Below are positions 8,174 to 16,019 of a DNA stretch of 16,019 nt, in pieces (the stretch's first letter is position 1; every line of letters starts with the position of its first letter). The stretch is from contig CALBMW010000727.1 of the NCBI GenBank assembly GCA_937896275.1, positions 1-16,019 of the forward strand, in the 5' to 3' direction. The stretch is from an uncultured Myxococcales bacterium. Its GTDB lineage: Bacteria; Myxococcota_A; Bradymonadia; UBA7976; UBA1532. Under the pieces are notes generated by a model. The model searched no databases, was not told the origin of the DNA, and saw only the letters and a list, made by a program, of their open reading frames with translations. The translations under genes and the position numbers were made by a program.

Positions 8174-11049
8174 CGGGCGCTCCCCGTGCTCAGACCCGCC
8201 ACCCCGGCCCGCCGGGTCGCGCTCACAGCCTGCCGATGCAGGGCCTCGACGCGCGCGGGCACGCGCTCCGGATCGAGAGCCACGCCCTCGGCGTCCAGCA
8301 GATCCTCGTAGGGGTGGTCGACCCGATGCACCAAGCGCTCGCTCGCGAAGACGCTCTGCCGGATCAACGCCTGCGCGGGCGCCAGATCCATGGTCTGCAC
8401 GTGCAAGGTGCCGTCCGGCGTCACCACGGGCTCGTCGAGGCCGACCGAGCGATGCGCGGGCGGATCGGGCAGCGGATCACCGGCGCGGCGCCCATGCGCG
8501 ACCCCGTCGTCCAGCGGCGCCCACGACGCCGGCGCCTCCTCGCGCAGGCTCGGCGCGGCCCCCAAGCGGGGGCGTCCGGCCGACGACGCGAGCTCCGCGT
8601 CGGCCCACGGATCGTAGTCGTCTTCGCCTTCGTCCTCGTCTTGTGGGTCGGCCCGATCCGCGTCCCGTCCGCCCACCGCCAAGGCCTGCCCAGCGATCGA
8701 CGCGACCTGCCCACCCGGAGGTGCAGCCGAGCGCGCGGGCGTCGGCGCGGGCGCGGGCGCGGGCCCAGGAGCGGGCGTGGGCGTGCTCGCGGGCTCCTCG
8801 AAGAAGATGTCGTCGAAGGCCTGCTCGACGTCCTCATCGACGGTTCGGGTCGCCGGCGGCGGAGGCGTGTGGGGCGTGGCCGTTGCGCGGGCGCCGGCCA
8901 CCGGTGGGGTCTCGAACCCCAACGAGGAGGGGTCGAAGTCGGGCAGCGAGTCCTCCGGCGTGAAGCCGGGCGCCGCGGCGCGGCGGACGGGGGCGTCGTC
9001 GGGCCAGTCCGGCGCCGGGTCGCTGTCGCCGCCCGTGAGCGCCGCCAGGGCTTGGCGACCGGGGTGCGGCCGGGCCGAGGTTGCTGGCCAGGCTGGGATG
9101 CCGTCGGGCAGCGCCGCCGCCTCGAGCGCGGCCACGATGTCAGCCACCGCGCGGGGATCTACCAAAGGCTGCGGCTGCGCAGCGCTCACGGGCGGGGACG
9201 GCGTCGGCTCGACCGGCGAGCGACCGGCGTCGGCGGGCAGGTCCCACGCCATCTCGTCGGCGTCCACGGTCGGCACCTCGGCCGTCGGCCGCTCCGCCCG
9301 ATCGAAGGCCTCGTCGAGCGCCGCACCAAAACCGCCCGCGCCAGGCACCTGCTCCCACTCACCCCAGGCCGCCGCGAGGTCGGGCGCCGCCGAATCGACC
9401 GGCGGCGCCGCCTCCTCGGGAAGGTCCAGGCTGATCGCGGCCTCTGGCTCCGCGGCGTCCCAAGCGCCTGCGAGCGGATCGTCACCGAGGGCCGCGCCGA
9501 CGCGGTCGACCGCCGCAATGGGGGCGCTCTCCGCCGGGACCACGGCGGTGACGGGCACGACGGCGACCTCGATCGGGGTCTCCTCCGGATCGCCGACCCA
9601 AGCCTGCAGCGCGTCGGCGGGGGCGGCCTCGGTGTGAGCCGGCCCCGCCTGCCCTTCGCGCCAAGCGAGCTCCGCCGCGTCCATCCGGTCGGCGGTCTCC
9701 GCGCCGGCCACGGCGGCGCGGTCGATCGAGCCGGTCACGACCGAGAGTGGCCCCAACTCGTCCATCTCTGGGAGCGGCAGCTCGCCCAGATCGTCCATCT
9801 CTGCCGCCGGAAGATCCCCCAGCGAGTCCCCCGGAGTGAGTAGGGGCTCTCCCTCGTCGAGGCCACCGTCGGACGCACCCGGGGACGAGGCGTCGTCGCA
9901 CTCCTCGCTCGCCTCGGGCGCGGGTGGCTCCACCCACGCGCCCTCCGGCGTGCCCGGCGGCTCGCCCTGATCCACGACATCGTTGGGCGGACCCTCGGCC
10001 GGGACGTCGCCGCCTCGATCGCTCGCGTCGGCAACCGGCAGGTGTGGAACATGCTCGCTCGAATCGGCGTCGGCCGGCGGCTGATCACCGTCGGCGACGA
10101 GGCTGGGCGGCAGATCGCGACGCAGGAGCAGGTCCGGGCGCGCCGCGCCGCTGAACTCGAGCAGCCGATCCACCATCGCGGCCGTCGCGTCGCCCAGCGC
10201 GCCATAGGGCACTGTGTGCGCCACCGACTTCATGCGCCGGATCGCCGTCCGCACCTCCAACTCGATCGGCAGGGTGCCGGCGTGGGGGAGCGCGACGTCG
10301 AGGTAGCGGTGACACACGAGCCGCAGCGCGCCGAGGACTCGCCTCTCCTCGCGCTCGTTCGCCTGATTGATCACGACCTGCGCGCGGAAGTCGGCGACCA
10401 GCGCGGCGACCGCGTCAGCGATCGCGGGATCGGCGGCCCGCACCGCCTCGATCAGCGGCCCGACGGCGTCGAGCCGCTCCGTCGCGTCCCGCGGCTGCAT
10501 CACGCGCGCGAGGGCCGCCCGCACCACGGCCTCGTGGCCACAGCCCAGCTCGATGCGCCGGAAGAGCGCCGACTTCAGGAAGGCATAGGCGTTCTGGATC
10601 GAGGTCGGCTCCGGCCCCGTCACCACCAGCCCCAGACCGGCCAGGTTGAAGAAGTCGAGCGTCGTGTAGTGCGTGCCGGCGCCGAGGTCGATCAACACCA
10701 CGTCGACGTCCAGGCCGAGCACCGCGTCGATCAGTCGCTCCTTCTCGGTCGGTCGTGGATGAGCCGCCCGAAGGATGCCGGCGGCGCCGCTGATCAGTCG
10801 AAGACCGGGCACCTCGGTGTCGAGGCAGACCTCATCGAGCGTGTGGGCCCGCCCCAAAACGAAGTCGCTCAGCGTCCGGGCGGGCTGCAGCAGGCCCAGC
10901 AGGGTGTGCAGGTTCGCGGCGCCCAGATCGGCGTCCAACGCCACGACGCGCAGGCCCCGCCTGGCGAGCTCAGCGCCGACGATCGCGCACACCAGCGACT
11001 TGCCGACGCCGCCCTTGCCCCCACCGAAGGCCCAGACCCGCTCCGCCAT
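8170..11049 (-). CDS. MinD/ParA/FlhG-like P-loop ATPase with a very long low-complexity C-terminal extension
   Basis: 959 aa. GGGKGGVGKSLVCAIVGAELARRG deviant Walker A, LDADLGAANLH, VVLIDLGAGTHYTTLDFFNLAGLGLVVTGPEPTS. ATPase region is residues 1 to about 310; residues about 311-959 are Asp/Glu/Pro/Ala-rich. Confidence 0.88.
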   Translation of the reverse strand: MAERVWAFGGGKGGVGKSLVCAIVGAELARRGLRVVALDADLGAANLHTLLGLLQPARTLSDFVLGRAHTLDEVCLDTEVPGLRLISGAAGILRAAHPRPTEKERLIDAVLGLDVDVVLIDLGAGTHYTTLDFFNLAGLGLVVTGPEPTSIQNAYAFLKSALFRRIELGCGHEAVVRAALARVMQPRDATERLDAVGPLIEAVRAADPAIADAVAALVADFRAQVVINQANEREERRVLGALRLVCHRYLDVALPHAGTLPIELEVRTAIRRMKSVAHTVPYGALGDATAAMVDRLLEFSGAARPDLLLRRDLPPSLVADGDQPPADADSSEHVPHLPVADASDRGGDVPAEGPPNDVVDQGEPPGTPEGAWVEPPAPEASEECDDASSPGASDGGLDEGEPLLTPGDSLGDLPAAEMDDLGELPLPEMDELGPLSVVTGSIDRAAVAGAETADRMDAAELAWREGQAGPAHTEAAPADALQAWVGDPEETPIEVAVVPVTAVVPAESAPIAAVDRVGAALGDDPLAGAWDAAEPEAAISLDLPEEAAPPVDSAAPDLAAAWGEWEQVPGAGGFGAALDEAFDRAERPTAEVPTVDADEMAWDLPADAGRSPVEPTPSPPVSAAQPQPLVDPRAVADIVAALEAAALPDGIPAWPATSARPHPGRQALAALTGGDSDPAPDWPDDAPVRRAAAPGFTPEDSLPDFDPSSLGFETPPVAGARATATPHTPPPPATRTVDEDVEQAFDDIFFEEPASTPTPAPGPAPAPAPTPARSAAPPGGQVASIAGQALAVGGRDADRADPQDEDEGEDDYDPWADAELASSAGRPRLGAAPSLREEAPASWAPLDDGVAHGRRAGDPLPDPPAHRSVGLDEPVVTPDGTLHVQTMDLAPAQALIRQSVFASERLVHRVDHPYEDLLDAEGVALDPERVPARVEALHRQAVSATRRAGVAGLSTGSAR
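8731..8790. repeat. Degenerate GGGCGC hexanucleotide-like repeat inside the ATPase tail (Pro-Ala/Pro-Thr stretch)
   Basis: gcgggcgtcggcgcgggcgcgggcgcgggcccaggagcgggcgtgggcgtg encodes TPTPAPGPAPAPAPTPA. Confidence 0.7.
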
Positions 11050-12473
11050 CAGCGCGTTCCCCCGTCGCGTGCGTCGTGCGCCGCTGAGCCCCCATCCGGG
11101 GGGGGCGCGCCAGCGTCTCCTGCCTGCAGTCGGCGCAACAGGAGGCGGCGCTTGAACCCATTGAGTTCACCGCGGGCGTCCTTGGCTCTCAGGCTGTCGT
11201 AGAGCTTCTCCATGAGCACGCCGGTGGCGTACTCCACCCCCACCTGGTGGTCGACGAGCCATCGGATCAGCGTCGGATCGTCGGTGGCGGCCAGGGCCCG
11301 GATGATGGCGAACTGGTAGTTGCGGTAGGGGACGAGCAGCTTCTTGCGCCCCCCCTCCTGCACCGGGACCGTGCGCTCGGGGCAGTTCTCGAGCGGATCG
11401 GTGGAGACTTCGAACGCAGCCCGCAGGGGGCCCGATGCGTCGAACTCCGCCAGCTTTTCGAGCGCCTGGATGGCCGCGCAGCGCATCGCGAGCGACGGAT
11501 CCTCGAGCCGCGCGGTCAGCAGGTCGAGCAGCGCGCGGTTACGCAGCTCGCCCAGGGCCCACAGCGCCGCGAGCTGGGTGTCCTCGTCTTGGTTGCTCGT
11601 CAAGATGCGCCGCAGCAGATCGACCGCCGGCACCTTCAGCATGCCCAGCATCAAGGCGAGCGCCCGCGGCTCGCGCTGCGCGACGGGGCTCTCGGCGACC
11701 GTGCGCGCCGCCGTTCTGGCCTGCTCACCCCCCACCTGGCCCAGCGCGATGAGCGCCGTGAAGGTGAGCGCGGGCTGCTCGATGGCGAGTCGCCCCAGGC
11801 GCTCGGCGGCCGCCTGCACGCCCAGCGATCCCACCACGAACGCCGCGCGCGCCGCGACGCCCTCGTCGGGATCGTCGAGGGCTCGGAGCACCACCTGCTC
11901 GACCGCCGGGGTGACCGCGAAGTCGAGGCGCGTCGCCAACATGCTCATGCCCTCGCGACGCACCGCCGGATCGGCGCTCCGCATGTGCACCACCGCGACA
12001 CCTGGGTGTGAGTAGCGCCCCAGGAAGTTGTGGGACAGGGCATTGGACGAGAGGATGAAGGCCGCCGAGAAGGCCAGGAAGTACAGGCCAAAGCGAACGG
12101 ACGAGTCCCCGCCGCGCAGGGCCTCACGGTCCTCCGCGTCGGTGGTCTCGTGCCCCATCCCGTCGATGCGGGCGTCGAGCTCGGCCATCTCGTCGCGCAG
12201 GAAGTGCTCGGTGAACCCGCGGTAGAAGAGCGCCTCGCCCAAGCTGATGACCGACACCAGCCCAGCGACGACGCCCACCGCCATCCACACCGCGACCAGT
12301 ACGAAGCTGAGCCCCGGCGAGTCAGCGCTGTGGTCGATGTAGCGATGGATCAGGTACGCCGCGCCGTAGAAGCCGGCGACGGCGATGAGCAGCATCCCGT
12401 AGCGACGAGCCGCCGTGCCGAAGAGCGCAGCGCGCAGACCGTGCACCGGCGGGCGGTGTGGACGTCCACTCAC
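11049..12473 (-). CDS. Membrane protein with N-terminal transmembrane segments and HEAT-like repeats
   Basis: 474 aa. Hydrophobic helices (YGMLLIAVAGFYGAAYLI, FVLVAVWMAVGVVAGLVSVISLG, FGLYFLAFSAAFILSSNAL), then repeated helical units such as VLRALDDPDEGVAARAAFVVGSLG, TQLAALWALGELRNRALLDLLTARLEDPSLAMRCAAIQALEKLAE. GTG start directly abuts the upstream stop; its stop shares 1 nt with the ATPase ATG. Confidence 0.72.
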   Translation of the reverse strand: MSGRPHRPPVHGLRAALFGTAARRYGMLLIAVAGFYGAAYLIHRYIDHSADSPGLSFVLVAVWMAVGVVAGLVSVISLGEALFYRGFTEHFLRDEMAELDARIDGMGHETTDAEDREALRGGDSSVRFGLYFLAFSAAFILSSNALSHNFLGRYSHPGVAVVHMRSADPAVRREGMSMLATRLDFAVTPAVEQVVLRALDDPDEGVAARAAFVVGSLGVQAAAERLGRLAIEQPALTFTALIALGQVGGEQARTAARTVAESPVAQREPRALALMLGMLKVPAVDLLRRILTSNQDEDTQLAALWALGELRNRALLDLLTARLEDPSLAMRCAAIQALEKLAEFDASGPLRAAFEVSTDPLENCPERTVPVQEGGRKKLLVPYRNYQFAIIRALAATDDPTLIRWLVDHQVGVEYATGVLMEKLYDSLRAKDARGELNGFKRRLLLRRLQAGDAGAPPPDGGSAAHDARDGGTR

Positions 12474-13232
12474 TCAGTTGCCGATCTCAGGCTCCTGGGG
12501 GAAGTAGAAGCCGAAGCCGACCGTCACCGCGAAGTTGTTGCTGATATTGCTGTCGGTGCTCGTCGTCGTGGCGCCCTGTCCATCGCTCTCGACGACGGCG
12601 TTCAGGGAAGAAGAGTAGATGTAGTCGCGGAACTCGAGGTTGACCGCCATGCCGTCGGTCACGAAGGTGCGCAGGCCCACCCCGACGCTGCCCGTCGGTG
12701 TAGCCCCGTCGACGTCCGTCGAGCCGCTGACCAACGTGGCGCCGACCCCGGCGAGCACGTGCAGATCGTAGTTGAGGACCGAACGCCCAAAGAGCGCGAA
12801 CTTGCCGACGAGGGGCGTGTAGATCACCTCGAGCGTGCCCAGCAGGCCCACGTGGGAGAACGCGCCCGCGTCGCTCTTCTCGGGCCGCTCGTCCTCGATG
12901 CGGTCCGCGAGGCCCGAGTTGAAGGGCACCCCCCCCAGCACCGTGGCGCCGATGGCCCAGGCATCCGTGAGGTGATAGGCCAGCTGTGCCCCCAACAGCA
13001 GGTTGCGCTGGAAGGCGTCGTTGAGCGTGAACCCGAAGGTCGGCGTGACCTCGAAGCGACCGCCCCGCAGCATCAGCCGCTTGCGGATCGCCTCGCCCTC
13101 TTCGAGACGGTCGAGCGCCGACCGACGGGGGCCCTGAATGCTGGCCGCCCCGGCTTCGCCGATCGGCATGATCCCACCGAAGACGCCCGCGAGGGCGACG
13201 GCGAGGACCGCGGCCCCCACAGATCCCCCCAC
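12474..13232 (-). CDS. Outer-membrane beta-barrel protein (OMP_myx_plus-like), paralogous to its upstream neighbour
   Basis: About 252 aa using GTG at 13232 (GTG at 13220 is an alternative). FEVTPTFGFTLNDAFQRNLLLGAQLAYHLTDAWAIGA, YTPLVGKFALFG, VNLEFRDYIYSS, and C-terminal alternating strands NNFAVTVGFGFYFP. Start codon uncertain. Confidence 0.72.
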   Translation of the reverse strand: MGGSVGAAVLAVALAGVFGGIMPIGEAGAASIQGPRRSALDRLEEGEAIRKRLMLRGGRFEVTPTFGFTLNDAFQRNLLLGAQLAYHLTDAWAIGATVLGGVPFNSGLADRIEDERPEKSDAGAFSHVGLLGTLEVIYTPLVGKFALFGRSVLNYDLHVLAGVGATLVSGSTDVDGATPTGSVGVGLRTFVTDGMAVNLEFRDYIYSSSLNAVVESDGQGATTTSTDSNISNNFAVTVGFGFYFPQEPEIGN

Positions 13233-13306
13233 CCCGAGCGTTCCGGGCCGCCCCAGCGGGGCGACATGCCCTACGGCATCGTGCTGCTGCGTGGTCAAAG
13301 GCCCCC

Positions 13307-14086
13307 TCACTTCAGCGTCCGGTACTCGAAGTCGGGCGGCAGAAAGAAGCTGACGCCGGCGGTGAAGATCAAGTTGTTCACCAGCTGGCTGTTGCCCGGA
13401 TAGTCCTCGTTGTAGATGTTGTCCCGCAGCTCGATGTCGAGCGTGAACCAGTGGTTCATGAAGTACCGCTGACCCGCGCCGATCGACAGCGTCGGGTGAC
13501 CGGCGAGCTCGGTCTTCGTCCAGCCGGCGCCCAGCAGCGCGTAGGTGTCCCACGGGATGATCCAGGTGTTGAACAGCGCGAACTTGCCGTAGATGGGCAC
13601 ATACTGGAAGTCGAGCAGCGCCCACCACTGCACCTTCGACACCTGCGGGAACAGCTCGTAATCCTCGATCACGCTGTTGAACAGGTCGCTCTCCGAGCCC
13701 AGGCTGTAGCCGCCGTTTACGCCGACCGCCATGACCTCGGTCAAGTGGTAGTTCAGGTTGCCGCCGGCGACGAACATGCTCGCGAGAGCGTCGTTGATGT
13801 TGGTGCCCAGGAAGGGCGCCACCTCGACGCGGTTGCGGCGCAGGAAGGGGCGCCGTTGAATGACCCGGATGAGGTCGATCTCCTCCTGGCGGGAGCGCTC
13901 GACCTCCTTCGCCGCGGCCTGCGTGTCGACCACGTCGAAGGTCAGGTCCCCCCCCGCGTCGTCCCCACCGGTCGCGTCGTCCCCGACCTCGACCGGGTCG
14001 AACGTCATGTCCTGCGCCAGCGCAGCCGGCGCGGCGGTGAGAGCCGCCAGGAACACGACCGATGCCGCCCTCGTGCGCAGGTTCAT
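13307..14086 (-). CDS. Outer-membrane beta-barrel protein (OMP_myx_plus-like)
   Basis: 259 aa. Signal peptide MNLRTRAASVVFLAALTAAPAALAQ; Asp/Gly-rich segment; RRNRVEVAPFLGTNINDALASMFVAGGNLNYHLTEVMAVGVNGGYS, YVPIYGKFALFN, LDIELRDNIY, C-terminal LIFTAGVSFFLPPDF. ATG at 14086 preceded by GGAGG. Confidence 0.82.
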   Translation of the reverse strand: MNLRTRAASVVFLAALTAAPAALAQDMTFDPVEVGDDATGGDDAGGDLTFDVVDTQAAAKEVERSRQEEIDLIRVIQRRPFLRRNRVEVAPFLGTNINDALASMFVAGGNLNYHLTEVMAVGVNGGYSLGSESDLFNSVIEDYELFPQVSKVQWWALLDFQYVPIYGKFALFNTWIIPWDTYALLGAGWTKTELAGHPTLSIGAGQRYFMNHWFTLDIELRDNIYNEDYPGNSQLVNNLIFTAGVSFFLPPDFEYRTLK

Positions 14087-14185
14087 GGCCTCCGTTCCAC
14101 CCAGGTTGGATTCCCGCCGTTCGTAGCACGGCGGTCTGGCGCCTTCAACAAAAACCACCGCCCCGGCGGCCGCCTTCGAACCGGC

Positions 14186-15529
14186 TCAGGCCCCCGCGAA
14201 GAGCGCCTCCGCAAAGGCCTCGGCGTCGAAGGCCCGTAGATCCTCGACCTTCTCGCCGATGCCGATGTAGCGCACCGGCAGGCGCATCTCGTCGCAGATT
14301 CCGATGACCACCCCACCCTTGGCCGTTCCGTCCAGCTTGGTGAGCACCAGCCCGGTCACGTCGACCACCTGGGTGAACTCCTTGGCCTGACTGATGGCGT
14401 TCTGTCCATTGGTCGAGTCGAGCACCAGCCAGACCTCGTGCGGCGCGCCCGGCATCGCCTTGCCGATCACGCGGTGCACCTTGCCCAGCTCGTCCATCAA
14501 CTCCTTCTTGGCCTGGAGCCGCCCCGCGGTGTCGGCGATGACCACGTCAAAGCCCTCGTCGACGGCGCGCTTGACCGCTTCGAAGATCACGCTCGACGGA
14601 TCCTGCCGCTCCCCTCCGCGCACGACGGGCACCCCGGCGCGGCTGGCCCAGACCTCGAGCTGCTCCACCGCCGCGGCGCGAAAGGTGTCGCCGGCGGCCA
14701 GCAGCACTCTCTTGCCCTGGTCCGCATAAGTGCGAGCCAGCTTGCCGATGGTGGTCGTCTTGCCGGCCCCGTTCACCCCGACGACCATGATGACCAGCGG
14801 TTTGGCGCGCGCGAGATCGAAGCCCCGATCCTCCACCTTCAGCATGTCGGTGATCTGGCGCTTCATGGCGCCCCACACGCGCTGCGGGTCCTGCAACTCC
14901 TTCTTGCCGAGCGCCTCGTGCACCCGCTCGACCAGCTTCTGGCTGGTGCGCACGCCGATGTCGGCGCTGAAGAGCGCCTCCTCGAGTTCCCCGAGCAGCC
15001 CATCGTCGATGGTCTTGGCGCCACCAAAGATCAGCCCCAGCTTCTTGACGAAGCCGTCGTGCGTGCGCGCCAGACCCTCGCGCAGCGTCCGACCCGCGGC
15101 CTCGGGAGCGGCGGGACGCGGCGGCTCGGGGGGCGGCGTGGCGGGCTTCGCCTTGGCGGCGGGCGCCTTGGCCGGGGCCTTCGCCAACTGCGGCGGCTTC
15201 TTCACCTCGGCCGGCGCGGACGGCTCCGCGACCTCGGGCTTCTTGGGCTCCGGCTTCTTGGCGGGCGCGAGCGGGGCACGGAAGGCAGACCGAGCCCGAG
15301 CCCGCACCTCCCGCTCGGTGCGCGGGTCCGTCAGCGTCGGCTGGGGCACCTCACGGCGCGGCGCGAGGTCCGGCGACCTCTTGCGAAGCGCGCGCACCAC
15401 CACGAAGACCATGAGCGCCACGGCCACGCCATAGATCAGGTACTCGACCCACAGCGGCGCAGCCTCCGCCGAGACCTCGGTCTGGGCCAGCGCCACGTTC
15501 GTGAGCAGCGCCTCGATATCGATCCCCAT
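14186..15529 (-). CDS. ftsY: Signal recognition particle receptor FtsY with N-terminal membrane anchor
   Basis: 447 aa. N-terminal TM (LIYGVAVALMVFVVV), Pro/Ala/Lys-rich linker, NG domain: VIMVVGVNGAGKTTTIGKLA, LLAAGDTFRAAAVEQLEVWA, VVIADTAGRLQ, LTKLDGTAKGG. Confidence 0.96.
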   Translation of the reverse strand: MGIDIEALLTNVALAQTEVSAEAAPLWVEYLIYGVAVALMVFVVVRALRKRSPDLAPRREVPQPTLTDPRTEREVRARARSAFRAPLAPAKKPEPKKPEVAEPSAPAEVKKPPQLAKAPAKAPAAKAKPATPPPEPPRPAAPEAAGRTLREGLARTHDGFVKKLGLIFGGAKTIDDGLLGELEEALFSADIGVRTSQKLVERVHEALGKKELQDPQRVWGAMKRQITDMLKVEDRGFDLARAKPLVIMVVGVNGAGKTTTIGKLARTYADQGKRVLLAAGDTFRAAAVEQLEVWASRAGVPVVRGGERQDPSSVIFEAVKRAVDEGFDVVIADTAGRLQAKKELMDELGKVHRVIGKAMPGAPHEVWLVLDSTNGQNAISQAKEFTQVVDVTGLVLTKLDGTAKGGVVIGICDEMRLPVRYIGIGEKVEDLRAFDAEAFAEALFAGA

Positions 15530-15539
15530 GGTCGGTCCC

Positions 15540-16019
<480 letters not shown>

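Noticed and set aside
8167-9843. 558-aa plus-strand ORF antisense to the ATPase tail
   Set aside because: Mirror of the biased acidic/Pro/Ala tail codons, with no recognisable domain.
10042-13403. Long plus-strand ORFs 10042-11202, 11247-12011 and 12030-13403
   Set aside because: Antisense to the ATPase, HEAT and OMP genes, with Arg/Gly/His-rich composition typical of high-GC shadow frames.
13233-14129. Upstream extension of the OMP2 ORF (12474..14129)
   Set aside because: Out-of-frame reading of OMP1 with no conserved motifs. OMP2 has its own GTG candidates at 13232 or 13220.

Overview
This is a GC-rich, densely packed, mostly chromosomal-core window. The gene content (OMP_myx_plus-like beta-barrels, a PilZ protein, a FlhG/MinD-like ATPase) suggests a Myxococcota/deltaproteobacterial-type genome, but that is inference. 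Minus-strand block 1 (about 128-4175) reads, in transcription order: a single ORF joining a Maf-type nucleotide pyrophosphatase to a YggS/PLPBP-type protein, proC, a DivIVA-domain protein, a DUF167/YggU protein and a secreted HELSH metallopeptidase. Its last three junctions are all 4-nt GTGA stop/start overlaps. Plus-strand block: lexA, with a promoter and putative self-regulatory sites, then groES-groEL, preceded by a perfect 9-bp/N9/9-bp CIRCE-like inverted repeat. Minus-strand block 2 (about 7502-16019): the smc 3' end, ftsY, two paralogous outer-membrane beta-barrel proteins, a HEAT-repeat membrane protein, a MinD/FlhG-like ATPase with a tail of about 650 residues, and a PilZ-domain protein. 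I see no CRISPR, transposon, rRNA/tRNA or recognisable defence system. The best candidate for an undescribed system is the coupled OMP-OMP-HEAT-ATPase-PilZ module. The second is the Maf-YggS fusion inside a cell-division-linked cluster. Many long ORFs in the supplied track are GC-bias shadows and were rejected. All family calls are from motif reading only; no searches were run.
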